Positions 20,116-30,056 of a DNA stretch of 64,000 nt are shown one piece after another. The notes under the pieces were generated by a model, which searched no databases, was not told the DNA's origin, and worked only from the letters and a program-made list of their open reading frames with translations. How positions within the stretch are numbered: the stretch's first letter is position 1; every line of letters starts with the position of its first letter. The DNA comes from Eubacteriales bacterium (lineage in GTDB: Bacteria > Bacillota > Clostridia > Oscillospirales > JAAYXM01). The position numbers and the translations under genes are program-made. The stretch lies in the NCBI GenBank assembly GCA_045649105.1, contig JAZRPG010000045.1, positions 4,530 through 68,529 on the forward strand, written 5' to 3'.

Positions 20116-21000
20116 CTACTTCTCCTCTCGCACGCGCCTGACATCACGCGCTATTTGTGACTTAAGTTCACCCAGTGAAGCAAACCTCATTTCCTCGCGC
20201 AGAAATTCACACAGCTCCACATGCACAGTCTCTCCGTACAGCTCGCCCGAAAAATCAAGTATATTTGTCTCTGCGCGCACCGCGCCGTCTTCCGAAACCG
20301 TCGGCCGCACGCCGATATCCGTAACACTTCTGTACTCCTTCCCGCGAATGAAGGTGCGCGATGAGTATACTCCGAATTTCGGCACTTGAACCTCCTCGGA
20401 AAAACTCTGATTTACAGTAGGAAAGCCGAGACCTCCGCCGAGGCGCCTGCCATGCTCCGTTTTTGAAATAATGCTGTGGCGGTGGCCGAGAAGCTTTTGC
20501 GCTTCCTTAACTTCTCCGCGTGCAATAAGCTCGCGTATTGCGGTAGAGCTTACGGCACGGCCGTCTACGCATACCGGCTCTGCAATATCACAGCCGCAGC
20601 CGAAAGAGGCGCACAGCGACGAAAGCTCTCCTGCGTCACCCTTGCCCCCGCGTCCGAATCTGAAATCGTATCCTGCGACAACATGCCGTACTTTGCATTC
20701 ACCGATAAGTATATTTTCGACAAATTCGCGGCATGTAAGGTCTGCATACTGCCTGTCAAACTCTTTTATTATTATGTCATTTATTCCGTAAAGCCCCGAT
20801 ATGAGCATCTTGCGCTCCTCTGTGGTATTTATGAGCTTTACCGGTTTTTTTAAAAGCACATTGGACGGGTGCGATGAATATGTCAGTACGGCAGGCGACA
20901 GAGAAAGCTCCTCTGCTCTTTTGCGCACAAGCTTAAAAAGCGCACCGTGACCTATGTGCACACCGTCAAAAAAACCAAGCGCAATAACCCTTCCATTCAT
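20116..21000 (-). CDS. ribF: Bifunctional riboflavin kinase / FMN adenylyltransferase
   Basis: It has GFFDGVHIGH (FAD synthetase) and GFPTVN (riboflavin kinase) motifs. The start was set to ATG 21000 (MNGRVIALG), with RBS GAGGTG 7 nt upstream. Confidence 0.93.
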   Translation of the reverse strand: MNGRVIALGFFDGVHIGHGALFKLVRKRAEELSLSPAVLTYSSHPSNVLLKKPVKLINTTEERKMLISGLYGINDIIIKEFDRQYADLTCREFVENILIGECKVRHVVAGYDFRFGRGGKGDAGELSSLCASFGCGCDIAEPVCVDGRAVSSTAIRELIARGEVKEAQKLLGHRHSIISKTEHGRRLGGGLGFPTVNQSFSEEVQVPKFGVYSSRTFIRGKEYRSVTDIGVRPTVSEDGAVRAETNILDFSGELYGETVHVELCEFLREEMRFASLGELKSQIARDVRRVREEK

Positions 21001-21004
21001 ATAA

Positions 21005-21859
21005 CTACACCTCAAAAAAGCTCTTGACAGTAACGAGATTTCCGTTCCCGTCGCCGCGTGCGAGCATTAAAAAGCCGCCGTCCTCGCCATATACACGGTA
21101 TGTTTCTCCGTTTTTTGCGTTGCATTTCACCGGCGCGCCATTGCGGCACCGTTGCTCACCGAAAGCGTCAATCGTAATACTTTTGTACATCGCAAATATT
21201 GAATCAACCGGCAGAAGATCAGGAGATTTTTCAAGCTCCTCAAGCGTCCTTGCCTCAGATATATCAAATGCGCCCGAGCGCAGACGGCGCAACGCCGTCA
21301 TGGTCGCTCCGCAACCGAGGCTCTCGCCTATATCATCGCATAGGGTGCGTATATATGTACCGCTCCCGCACTCGACCGTAAGCTCGTATTCATCGTTTTC
21401 CACATGCAAAACATCAATCGAACGCACGGTGATTTCTCTCGCCTCGCGCTCAATCTCCCTGCCGCTTCTCGCAAGCTTATACAGCGGCACACCGCCAACC
21501 TTTATGGCGGAATACATCGGCGGCGTCTGCATTATTTTTCCGACAAATTTCGCACACGCGCTCCTTACTTCGTCTGTACCGACATTGACCTTGCGTTCTG
21601 AAATAACTGCGCCGGTAATGTCCTGTGTATCCGTCCTTATGCCGAGGCGCAGACGCGCGCGGTATATCTTATCATCGCACAGCGCAAACTCACATGCACG
21701 CGTAGCCCTGCCGACAAATACCGGCAGGACTCCCGTCGCCATCGGGTCGAGCGTCCCTGAGTGACCCACTCTGCGCGTATTATAAAGCCGCCGAAGCCTC
21801 GCAACAACATCGTGCGAGGTCATTCCGGCGGGCTTGTCCACAACAGCTATTCCGTTCAT
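21005..21859 (-). CDS. truB: tRNA pseudouridine(55) synthase
   Basis: 284 aa with GMTSHDVV and GHSGTLDP (catalytic Asp) motifs. Confidence 0.95.
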   Translation of the reverse strand: MNGIAVVDKPAGMTSHDVVARLRRLYNTRRVGHSGTLDPMATGVLPVFVGRATRACEFALCDDKIYRARLRLGIRTDTQDITGAVISERKVNVGTDEVRSACAKFVGKIMQTPPMYSAIKVGGVPLYKLARSGREIEREAREITVRSIDVLHVENDEYELTVECGSGTYIRTLCDDIGESLGCGATMTALRRLRSGAFDISEARTLEELEKSPDLLPVDSIFAMYKSITIDAFGEQRCRNGAPVKCNAKNGETYRVYGEDGGFLMLARGDGNGNLVTVKSFFEV

Positions 21860-21919
21860 TTTCTAAAACTCCTTTAAAGCAAAGCTCACTTATGCACAGT
21901 ACAGCCGCGCTCCATATCC

Positions 21920-23224
21920 CTAAAAAAGAGAGAGCTTTTCAATGCGCTCAATTATCATTCGCTCCGCGTCAGAAAGAGATGCGGAAATTGAACAGCCTGC
22001 GGCACGGACATGTCCGCCGCCGCCGAAATAAGCGCAGAATTCCGACGCATCAATCTTCTCACCTGAGCGGACGGAAACCTTCGTTATGTCTCCGCGCTCG
22101 CGCAGATATATCCCGAGCTCTACGCCCTCAACCGTGCGGGCAAGCGCAGAGATTCCGTCAAGGTCATCTTCTTTTGCGCCCGTGCTCTCAATCAGCCCGG
22201 CAGGAAGCTTTATTATTCCTACCCGCCCGCCAAAGCATATGTTTATATCTGACAGAAGGCTCGCCTCAACGGCGATTCTTGCGCGGCTCTTTTCCGTAAA
22301 ATACTCTCGGTTTATCGCGACAAAATCAACCCCGCGCCTCAAGAGCTCTGCCGCCTTTATATGCGTCTCGGGTGTGGTGTTTGAATGAAGAAATCTACCC
22401 GTATCCGTCGCTATGGCAATATACAGCGCCTCGGCAATCTTTTTTGTTAGTTTTACTCCAAGCTCGCCGACAATGTCGAAAATAAGCTCACCGCACGCCG
22501 CGGCACCTGAATCGACAAACTCAAGCTGTGCATAATGCGTGTGCGACACATGATGGTCAATCGCAAGCTCAATAGCATCGCAAAATTCCTCTGCACCGTT
22601 TGAAATAAGCTTTATATCCGCACAGTCAACCGCTATTACGGAGCGCGGCTTAAAGCCCTCGGGCGGATAGAGTCTCCGTGCTATCTTTTTTGACTTTTCC
22701 GTAAACTCGGGATTTTCAAATACATAGGCGCGCTTCCCCGCTGCATTAAGTGCGCTTGCAAGCGCAACGGCACTTCCTGTCGCGTCCCCGTCAGGGCTTC
22801 TGTGCGTCAGGATAAGTATATCGTCGCGCGTTTTTAAAAACTCTGCAGCAGTCTTTGCCGTAAGGGTGCGCTTTTCTTCCTCTTTTTTGGCAACATCTCC
22901 GATGAGCTCCATAATCCGCGTTCCTGCGACTATCGAATCGTCCTCCGCAAAAATCAGCTCAGGCGTGTAACGCAGGCGCATTTTGCGTGCAACCTCGCGG
23001 CGGAGATACCCTGAGGCGGAAATAAGGCCTTTGATACACCCGCGTTTTGTCTCAGCATCGCCGAGAATGCTTACAAATATTTTTGCGCTGCCGAGATCGG
23101 GAGCTGCCTCAACATGCGTTATGCTCACGATTCCGCCGACGCGAGGGTCACGGACCGTTCTTATAAGCTCGCTTAAAACACGCATAAGCTCATCGTTTAC
23201 ACGGCCTATTCGTATACTTCCCAT
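21920..23224 (-). CDS. rbfA: Fusion protein: ribosome-binding factor A (N-terminal, about 115 aa) + DHH/DHHA1 phosphoesterase (NrnA-like, C-terminal)
   Basis: 434 aa. The N-terminal part (RVNDELMRVLSELIR..ITHVEAAPDLGSAKIFVS..LRYTPELIF) is RbfA. The rest carries DHH motifs HRSPDGDATGS, AVDCAD and IDHH plus the DHHA1 motif GGGGHVRAAG. It is one uninterrupted frame. Confidence 0.88.
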   Translation of the reverse strand: MGSIRIGRVNDELMRVLSELIRTVRDPRVGGIVSITHVEAAPDLGSAKIFVSILGDAETKRGCIKGLISASGYLRREVARKMRLRYTPELIFAEDDSIVAGTRIMELIGDVAKKEEEKRTLTAKTAAEFLKTRDDILILTHRSPDGDATGSAVALASALNAAGKRAYVFENPEFTEKSKKIARRLYPPEGFKPRSVIAVDCADIKLISNGAEEFCDAIELAIDHHVSHTHYAQLEFVDSGAAACGELIFDIVGELGVKLTKKIAEALYIAIATDTGRFLHSNTTPETHIKAAELLRRGVDFVAINREYFTEKSRARIAVEASLLSDINICFGGRVGIIKLPAGLIESTGAKEDDLDGISALARTVEGVELGIYLRERGDITKVSVRSGEKIDASEFCAYFGGGGHVRAAGCSISASLSDAERMIIERIEKLSLF

Positions 23225-23225
23225 A

Positions 23226-25535
23226 CTAATTCTTTACCTCAACCATGGCGTACGCCTCTACGACATCGCCCTCTTTTATATCGTTGAAATTCTCAATGCT
23301 CAGTCCGCATTCGTAGCCGGAGCTTACCTCCTTGGCATCGTCCTTAAAGCGCTTGAGCGAATTGAGCTCGCCCTCGAATACCACAATTCCGTCACGCACT
23401 ACTCGGACACTTGAATTTCTTGTTATCTTTCCGTCCGTGACATGGCAGCCCGCAATCGTTCCGACCTTCGAAACCTTAAAGGTCTGGCGTATCTCGGCAT
23501 GGCCGAGCACCTCCTCCTTGAATTTCGGCGCAAGGAGGCCCTTCATTGCGGCTTCCATTTCCTCAATGCAGTCATAGATTATGCGGTACAGACGGATATC
23601 TGTCCCCGTTCTGTCTGCGCTGTCACGGGCGCTCGCATCCGGACGCACATTAAAGCCGATTACGATAGCGTTTGAAGCCGATGCAAGGAGTATATCCGAC
23701 TCATTTATTGCGCCGACGCCCGCATGGATTACTCTTACGCGTACCTCGTCATTTGTAAGCTTCTCAAGTGATGCACGCACTGCCTCGGCAGAGCCTTTAA
23801 CATCAGCCTTTACTATAAGCGGAAGCTCCTTCATTTCGCCCTGCTGTATCTGGTCAAACAAATCCTCAAGAGAAACCTTGCGGCCTGCGTTCTGGTTTTG
23901 CGCCTCTTTTTCATTATGCTTGCGCTGCTCGGAAAGCTCGCGTGCCATGCGCTCATCTGCTACCGCGTAGAACAAATCGCCCGCGTTCGGAACTTCGGAA
24001 AGACCCGTTATTTCTACCGGCACGGCAGGGCCTGCCTCTTTAAGCTTCCTGCCCTTATCATCTGTCATTGCGCGGACGCGCCCGACAGCCGTACCTGCGA
24101 TTATTACATCGCCCGCCTTAAGCGTTCCGTTTGAAACGAGCAGTGTAGCAACGGGGCCGCGGCCGCGGTCAAGCTTCGCCTCGACTACCGTGCCCTTGCC
24201 GCTGCGGTTCGGGTTTGCCTTAAGCTCAAGCATATCAGCTGTGAGAAGCACCATTTCAAGAAGGTCGTCTATGCCCTTGCCCGTCTTTGCCGATACAGGG
24301 CAGACTATAGTGTTTCCGCCCCAATCCTCAGGCACAAGCTCATATTCCGTGAGCTGCTGCTTTATGCGCTCTTCATTCGCGCTTTCCTTATCAATCTTGT
24401 TTACGGCAACCACTATCGGTACATCTGCCGCCTTTGCGTGGTTTATGGCTTCTATCGTCTGCGGCATTATACCGTCATCCGCCGCAACGACAAGAATGAC
24501 AACATCCGTTACCTGTGCGCCGCGTGCGCGCATTGATGTAAACGCCTCATGTCCCGGTGTGTCAAGGAAGGTTATTTTGCGCCCGGAGAGCTCAACTCTG
24601 TATGCGCCTATGTGCTGCGTGATTCCGCCTGCCTCTCCCGAAACCACATTTGTCTTTCTTATTGCATCAAGAAGAGAGGTTTTACCGTGGTCAACATGAC
24701 CCATAACTACAACTACCGGGTCTCTCGGCACGAGGTCTTCCGCTTTGTCCTCACTCTCATCTATAAGTCTGTCCTCTATTGTGACTATTATTTCGCGCTC
24801 GACCTTTGCTCCCATTTCAAGCGCAACAACAGCGGCTGTGTCATAGTCGATAACATCTGAAACAGATGCCATCACGCCAAGCTTTATAAGCTGCTTTACA
24901 ACATCGGCGCCTGTGCGCTTCATGCGCGATGCAAGCTCGCCTACCGATATTTCGTCAGGAATCATAACCGTTATCTGCTGCTTCTTCTGCACCTGCTGCT
25001 GAAGCTTCTTTATCTTTTCCTGCTCCTCCAGACGGCGCTTCTGACCGAAGTTTGCTGACTTCCTGTCGGGGGCACGCTTTATTTTCTGCTTTGTCGGAGC
25101 GATGTCCTTTACGCTGTCCGGGACAAGATTGTCAACGCTGTCGTCGTATTTTGAAAGGTCTACCGAGGCTCCTCTTGTCTCGATATAGTGCGTCTGCACA
25201 CCCTTCCGCGGCTTTTTGCTTTCATACTCCTCTGCCGCTTTCTTCTCCTTGTCCTCTGATGCGGGAGCCGCCGTCTCTGACTTTTCCTCGGCCTTCTTCT
25301 CGGGCTCAGGCTTTTTCTCCTCGCGATATACCTCTGACATCAGGGTTTCAAAGCTTTCCACCTGATTGCCGAGTGTTATGACATCAAATATTATATTGAG
25401 GTCCTCATCCGACAGCACCTGCATATTTGACTTTGGTGCTGTTGAATACTTGCCTAGAATTTCGATTACCGCCTTCGGTGTCATCTCAAAATCCTTTGCA
25501 ACCTCGCGAACTCTGTATTTCTGTAAACTGCTCAT
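23226..25535 (-). CDS. infB: Translation initiation factor IF-2
   Basis: G domain motifs [17 protein letters not shown] and NKID. The start was set to ATG 25535 (MSSLQKY), with RBS GGAGGTG 9 nt upstream. Confidence 0.95.
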   Translation of the reverse strand: MSSLQKYRVREVAKDFEMTPKAVIEILGKYSTAPKSNMQVLSDEDLNIIFDVITLGNQVESFETLMSEVYREEKKPEPEKKAEEKSETAAPASEDKEKKAAEEYESKKPRKGVQTHYIETRGASVDLSKYDDSVDNLVPDSVKDIAPTKQKIKRAPDRKSANFGQKRRLEEQEKIKKLQQQVQKKQQITVMIPDEISVGELASRMKRTGADVVKQLIKLGVMASVSDVIDYDTAAVVALEMGAKVEREIIVTIEDRLIDESEDKAEDLVPRDPVVVVMGHVDHGKTSLLDAIRKTNVVSGEAGGITQHIGAYRVELSGRKITFLDTPGHEAFTSMRARGAQVTDVVILVVAADDGIMPQTIEAINHAKAADVPIVVAVNKIDKESANEERIKQQLTEYELVPEDWGGNTIVCPVSAKTGKGIDDLLEMVLLTADMLELKANPNRSGKGTVVEAKLDRGRGPVATLLVSNGTLKAGDVIIAGTAVGRVRAMTDDKGRKLKEAGPAVPVEITGLSEVPNAGDLFYAVADERMARELSEQRKHNEKEAQNQNAGRKVSLEDLFDQIQQGEMKELPLIVKADVKGSAEAVRASLEKLTNDEVRVRVIHAGVGAINESDILLASASNAIVIGFNVRPDASARDSADRTGTDIRLYRIIYDCIEEMEAAMKGLLAPKFKEEVLGHAEIRQTFKVSKVGTIAGCHVTDGKITRNSSVRVVRDGIVVFEGELNSLKRFKDDAKEVSSGYECGLSIENFNDIKEGDVVEAYAMVEVKN

Positions 25536-25579
25536 ATAGCATGCCACCTCCGTTTGAAATTAAAACACGAATCTACCCG

Positions 25580-25975
25580 CTACAGGCGCTTTTTCTTTTT
25601 ACCGCGCCGCTTAAGTATCCTGTCTGCCCTTTTTGATATGTCCTCAACGGCAAGCATGGCGCCCTCGTTTACGGGTGCCAGTTTCCTGACTATTGCCGCC
25701 GCCATACCAATGTCACATATCCCTACCACGGCACATGGGCGCTTCCCGAGCGCATTTCCGAGCTCTTCCTTTGTTTCGGCAACCGATATGCACGGTGCGC
25801 CTGCAAGAATCGAAAAGCTCTCTGCTCTTTTCCGTGTGCCCTCCGCCGCATTTGATGCTACGATTACCGCCCGGGTCTTCTTTATACGCGCGGCTGATGC
25901 ACACTCCTCCTCGCCAAGTGTCAGAAGGTTTGCCCTCTTTGCGAGGCCCAGGAGCTTTAAGTACTCATCTCCCAT
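25580..25975 (-). CDS. ylxQ: L7Ae-family RNA-binding protein YlxQ-like, with basic C-terminal tail
   Basis: LLGLAKRANLLTLGEEE..AVIVASNAAEGTRKR matches the YlxQ pattern. The start was set to the internal ATG at 25975 (MGDEYL). The longer track ORF would overlap most of the ylxR 3' end. Confidence 0.8.
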   Translation of the reverse strand: MGDEYLKLLGLAKRANLLTLGEEECASAARIKKTRAVIVASNAAEGTRKRAESFSILAGAPCISVAETKEELGNALGKRPCAVVGICDIGMAAAIVRKLAPVNEGAMLAVEDISKRADRILKRRGKKKKRL

Positions 25976-26246
25976 CGCTTTCCTCCGAAAGTCCCGCCGA
26001 GAGTGCGTCATACACCTCGGAAGATATCTGCTGTGAAAATGCACGCTCAAGCCCGCGCGCCTTTTTCACCTTCGCAAGACACTGAGCATTTCGGCACACA
26101 TACGCACCTCTGCCGGGAAGCTTGCCGACAGGGTCGAGAGATATTTCTCCGTCTTTCGCTCTGACTATCCTCATAAGCTCCCGCTTCGGGCGCATTTCGC
26201 GGCAACCGAGGCATTGCCGCATCGGTATTTTCTTTTCCTTTATCAT
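25965..26246 (-). CDS. ylxR: YlxR/RnpM family (DUF448) RNA-binding protein
   Basis: 93 aa with MRQCLGCREMRPKRELMRIV and GRGAYVC motifs. It sits in the canonical position between nusA and ylxQ. Confidence 0.9.
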   Translation of the reverse strand: MIKEKKIPMRQCLGCREMRPKRELMRIVRAKDGEISLDPVGKLPGRGAYVCRNAQCLAKVKKARGLERAFSQQISSEVYDALSAGLSEESDGR

Positions 26247-26271
26247 ACGCGCGGCACCTCCCGTTTAAAAA

Positions 26272-27327
26272 TTACTCCTCGCTGCTTTTGGGCTTTATGT
26301 CAATTTTATAGCCTGTAAGCTTTGCCGCAAGACGGGCATTCTGTCCGTCCTTACCTATTGCGAGTGAAAGCTGGTCATCATTTACAATTACGCGGCATGT
26401 GCGAGCTGCCTCGTCAGCCTCTACGGACACGACATTCGCCGGAGCAAGTGCCGATGCTACATACTCCGCTATATCCTCTGAATATTTTATTATATCAATC
26501 TTTTCTCCGCGAATCTCATCGACAATTGCGGCGACGCGGTTCCCGCGCGGACCTACGCATGCGCCTATCGGGTCGACATTTTCATCGTGCGATTTAACTG
26601 CCATTTTTGTTCTTGAGCCTGCCTCACGCGCAATGCTCTTGATTTCAACCGTTCCGTCATGTATTTCAGGAACCTCAAGCTCAAAGAGACGGCGGACAAG
26701 GCCGGGGTGAGTTCTCGAAATCACAATGTGCGGACCGCGCTCACTGCGTTTCACCTCAACAACATATATCTTTATATGTGTGCCCTCAACGAGTACCTCG
26801 CCCGGAATCTGCTCCTTTGCGGCGAGATATACCTCTGTCTTTTCCTTTGCACCTGCAATCTCTATCGACGCGCCGCCGCTGCGCGGGTCTGTCCTCGTGA
26901 CAAGGGCGGTGAGCACCTCATGCTCCCTGGACGTAAACTCCTGGAACACTACACCGCGCTCCGCCTCACGAATTCCCTGTATTATTACCTGCTTTGCAGT
27001 CTGCGCGGCAATGCGCCCGAAGTCACGGGTAGAAACCTCTATGCTTACCACATCGCCGAGCTCAGCTTTCGGCATAACCTCACGCGCCTGTGAAAGTGTC
27101 ATCTGTGTGACGGGGCTTTCGACCTCCTCGACAACATCCTTCTTGACAAACATACGAAATTCCTTTTTTTCCTTATCAGGCTCTACGAAAATGTTGTCCG
27201 TAACGCCTGCGTTGTCGCGCTTATATGCGGCAATCAGCGCCTGACCCACTTTTTCGAGCATATAATCCTGCGGTATTCCTTTTTCCTTTTCTATCTGCTC
27301 GATAGCATCAAAAAATTCAGCGTTCAT
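26272..27327 (-). CDS. nusA: Transcription termination/antitermination factor NusA
   Basis: 351 aa with an N-terminal domain, an S1 domain and KH1/KH2 domains (GPRGNRVAAIV, GKDGQNARLAAKLTG). Confidence 0.95.
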   Translation of the reverse strand: MNAEFFDAIEQIEKEKGIPQDYMLEKVGQALIAAYKRDNAGVTDNIFVEPDKEKKEFRMFVKKDVVEEVESPVTQMTLSQAREVMPKAELGDVVSIEVSTRDFGRIAAQTAKQVIIQGIREAERGVVFQEFTSREHEVLTALVTRTDPRSGGASIEIAGAKEKTEVYLAAKEQIPGEVLVEGTHIKIYVVEVKRSERGPHIVISRTHPGLVRRLFELEVPEIHDGTVEIKSIAREAGSRTKMAVKSHDENVDPIGACVGPRGNRVAAIVDEIRGEKIDIIKYSEDIAEYVASALAPANVVSVEADEAARTCRVIVNDDQLSLAIGKDGQNARLAAKLTGYKIDIKPKSSEE

Positions 27328-27361
27328 TTTTTCATTCGCTCCCTTATACTATTATCTTTTC

Positions 27362-27817
27362 TCAAAATTCTACTCGCAGCCTTACGGATGCTATTTCTTT
27401 TTTTGTAAACTTCTCCGATGCGCCGTCAATATCAAGAGTTACATCGCCGTTTTCATAACCTGCAAGCACACCGCAAAACTCTTTATTTCCGCCGCGCGGC
27501 AAAAAAGTCTTAAGTGTAACGGGGCTTCCCATGTATTCCTCGAAATCAGACGGGCGTGAAAGCTTTCTCTCGAGCCCTGCGCTCGACACCTCAAATATAT
27601 ATGACTCCTCAATCGGGTCAAGCTCATCAAGCAGCCGGTCAACCTCACGGCTGAAGGCTTCACAGTCCTCTATTCCCACGCCGCCCTTCTTGTCTATAAA
27701 AATGCGCAGGTACCTCTCGCCGCCTTCTTTTACAAACTCCACATCCCAGATAGAGAGGCCGAGACGCTCTGCCACCGGTGCGGAAACAGCTGCAACTTCA
27801 TCTGTAATTCTACTCAA
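27362..27817 (-). CDS. rimP: Ribosome maturation factor RimP
   Basis: LRIFIDKKGGVGIEDCEAFSREV and EVSSAGLERKL are typical of RimP. The start was set to TTG 27817, with RBS AAGGGG 7 nt upstream. The track start at 27868 lies only about 18 nt from the predicted TSS. Confidence 0.88.
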   Translation of the reverse strand: MSRITDEVAAVSAPVAERLGLSIWDVEFVKEGGERYLRIFIDKKGGVGIEDCEAFSREVDRLLDELDPIEESYIFEVSSAGLERKLSRPSDFEEYMGSPVTLKTFLPRGGNKEFCGVLAGYENGDVTLDIDGASEKFTKKEIASVRLRVEF

Positions 27818-27892
27818 AAAAACACCCCTTACAGAAATGAGAGAGTGGACATCCATGCCCACTCTCAATCAACACTTACTTACTTGTGACAC

Positions 27893-27921
27893 ATTATATC
27901 AGATATACTCACAAAATGCAA
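27893..27921 (-). promoter_or_regulatory. Sigma-A promoter of the rimP-nusA-infB operon (TTGCAT-17-TATAAT)
   Basis: -35 is at 27916-27921 (rc) and -10 at 27893-27898 (rc). It is followed by a 5' UTR hairpin (27841-27848 / 27859-27866). Confidence 0.6.
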
Positions 27922-27952
27922 GTTTTTTTATTAATTTTTATAAAAAATATTA

Positions 27953-29455
27953 TCAGTCTGCCCTGAAATCTATCTTTTCCAGAACGTTACACTTTGCCTT
28001 TTCGTCCGACTGTGCATATTTTTCTGCAAGCTCGAGAGCTTTTTCAAGCTGCGTATCCGTAACGACATACCTTTCCGTCAGCGCCTTTGTCGCCTCGTCA
28101 ATCTTCTCTATAAGTTCCCAGCTGCAGCGCGAGCTTATCGGCATAAGCCCCTCATCCCGGCAGAACATATTTATCGCATACAGCGTATATGTATCCCATA
28201 CATCATCAGGCTCGCCATACAGATACCCGAGCTCGGAAAGCCGCTGCTCTACTGCGCGCAGATTATCCCTCTTTATCGGGCTTATGTCGCTCTTTTCCTT
28301 AAGCGGTATCAGATACGGCAGAGTATACGGCTTTATGTCAAGGTCAACATCATAATCGGGAATAATGCCGATACCGTCATAGCTGCCGCTTGTCGGAAGC
28401 TTCATCTGCATCGTGGTAATTACAGCCTCATCACCGTCTTCAAGCTGCATATGGAGCTGACCCATGCCCTTGCCGTATGTTGTTTTTCCCACAACATCGG
28501 CATACCCGAGGTCCTGAAGCGCGCCTGCCATCATTTCTGCGGCAGATGCCGTATTTTCATTTACAAGTATCACAAATTTGTTGAATTCAAACCCGTACCC
28601 CTCAGATAAAAATGTGTTAAGTTTCATCGGCTTTGCCGACCATGTCATCAGATACGGAATGTCCTTCTCCGGAATTATGTTGTCCATAAGATTTACGAGA
28701 CAGTCGATTCCGCCGCCCATATTGTCACGCAAATCCAGAACCACTGTGTTTATTCCGCTGTCACGGAAATCGTCATATGCGTCCATAAAGTCCATAAACG
28801 CATTTATTCCGTCAAAGTGCTCAAGCTTTATGTATCCGACCTTTTCACTGACCTTGCTTGCGCTGACACTTGAAACAGTTATCTTTCTCCGCGTGATATT
28901 AAAGCTTTTCCTCTCTCCCGTGCGCATGACATCTACCTTTACCTTCGTGCCCTCTTCGCCCCTTATAAGGCCGCCAACCATCTCAGGCACATACGTTCGC
29001 ACATCAATACCGTCAACGGAAACAATGATATCTCCCGGCTTTATCCCTGCCTCTTTTGCAGGACCCTCAGACACGGAGTTGATGACAAGTCCGTCCTCCT
29101 CGCTGTAGGAAATTACAACGCCGATTCCGACCATCGATTTCTGCATTACATACGCATTGTCGTATACCTCGGGCGCCATATAGTGCGAATATCTGTCATT
29201 GCTTTCATAGATGCTGTTCATAAACTTGTAGAAGAGGGTACCGTCCTCTTCAAAAAGCTTTATAAGAGCATCTCTTACATAATCCGTTTCATCATTTGAA
29301 AACAGACCGTAATCTATATACAGCCCAAGCGCGCGGTCAAGCTTTGCGCCGTAGTCAACCTTTTCCTCAGCCGCAAATGCCGCAAGCGAAAAAACAGTGC
29401 ATACCAAAAGCGCGATAGCAATACATCTTAAAAAGCATGTCCTTTTCATCTTCAC
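27953..29455 (-). CDS. Secreted S41 family peptidase with C-terminal peptidoglycan-binding-like domain
   Basis: 500 aa with a signal peptide (LLVCTVFSLAAFA), PDZ (GIKPGDIIVSVDG), the Ser motif TASAAEMMAGAL and TTYGKG. The C-terminal LRAVEQRLSELGYLYGEPDDVWD resembles PG_binding_1. Confidence 0.88.
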   Translation of the reverse strand: MKMKRTCFLRCIAIALLVCTVFSLAAFAAEEKVDYGAKLDRALGLYIDYGLFSNDETDYVRDALIKLFEEDGTLFYKFMNSIYESNDRYSHYMAPEVYDNAYVMQKSMVGIGVVISYSEEDGLVINSVSEGPAKEAGIKPGDIIVSVDGIDVRTYVPEMVGGLIRGEEGTKVKVDVMRTGERKSFNITRRKITVSSVSASKVSEKVGYIKLEHFDGINAFMDFMDAYDDFRDSGINTVVLDLRDNMGGGIDCLVNLMDNIIPEKDIPYLMTWSAKPMKLNTFLSEGYGFEFNKFVILVNENTASAAEMMAGALQDLGYADVVGKTTYGKGMGQLHMQLEDGDEAVITTMQMKLPTSGSYDGIGIIPDYDVDLDIKPYTLPYLIPLKEKSDISPIKRDNLRAVEQRLSELGYLYGEPDDVWDTYTLYAINMFCRDEGLMPISSRCSWELIEKIDEATKALTERYVVTDTQLEKALELAEKYAQSDEKAKCNVLEKIDFRAD

Positions 29456-29463
29456 ACCATCCT

Positions 29464-29901
29464 TTAATTCAACATTGAGCCGGACTCGCGTATATCAACG
29501 CAGACAGCATTCTCTCCGGTCACGGCATTGTTTATCTCCATTGCGTAATCTATCTTCATTCTGCCGCCGGAATCAGACAGGTTTTTATCAATACACTTCG
29601 TGCTCACCCCGATAGTGAAGGCGCCGAAACCCATATCATAATACGATATGTGCTTCTGCCCCTCCTCAAACACCATATGCGTCTGAGTCTCGCCGAAGCG
29701 CATAATCGTTACCCTGTTGTTCTCTATTTTCATCGTCGTAGTCGTGTCACCGAGCCCTGTCAGCTCGCTTTCCTTATACGATATGTAATAGTTGCCGCCC
29801 TTTTCGTAAAAACGACCGTTTGTGACAAGCTCTACACTGTCGCTGTCACTGTCCTCAAAATTCTGAAGTCCTTTTATCGTTATTATTACATCTTTTTTCA
29901 T
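29464..29901 (-). CDS. DUF1934 (YwiB-like) beta-barrel protein
   Basis: 145 aa. The pattern of alternating beta-strands (VIITIKG..ELVTNGRFYEKGGNYYISYKE..MKIENNRVTIMRFGE) is typical of DUF1934. Confidence 0.7.
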   Translation of the reverse strand: MKKDVIITIKGLQNFEDSDSDSVELVTNGRFYEKGGNYYISYKESELTGLGDTTTTMKIENNRVTIMRFGETQTHMVFEEGQKHISYYDMGFGAFTIGVSTKCIDKNLSDSGGRMKIDYAMEINNAVTGENAVCVDIRESGSMLN

Positions 29902-30027
29902 CAGTTTCCTCCACAGGTAAAAAACGCAGGCAATAGCTCCGTACTGCCAATCTTTTCAACAAAAAACAGGCGAAATACACAACTCAAACCAAGTTGATGA
30001 GGAGTGCTCCGCCACGGTGCACTGACT

Positions 30028-30056
30028 ATTATACACCCTTGCACCGGCCTTGTAAA
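30028..30056 (-). promoter_or_regulatory. Candidate sigma-A promoter (TTTACA-17-TATAAT) upstream of the DUF1934 gene
   Basis: -35 is at 30051-30056 (rc) and -10 at 30028-30033 (rc). This predicts a leader of about 120 nt. Confidence 0.45.

Noticed and set aside
25976-26050. N-terminal extensions in the ORF track: ylxQ (25976-26050), murI (30861-30941), rimP (27818-27868), the HprK-like gene (52600-52668) and the membrane gene (54273-54353).
   Set aside because: The extensions overlap upstream genes or promoters and lack an RBS. Internal starts have good Shine-Dalgarno spacing and give family-typical N-termini.
27531-28355. 274-aa plus-strand ORF spanning the rimP start, the operon promoter and the 3' part of the S41 peptidase gene.
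   Set aside because: It crosses an intergenic promoter region and two real genes on the other strand. Its composition is Ser-rich shadow sequence.
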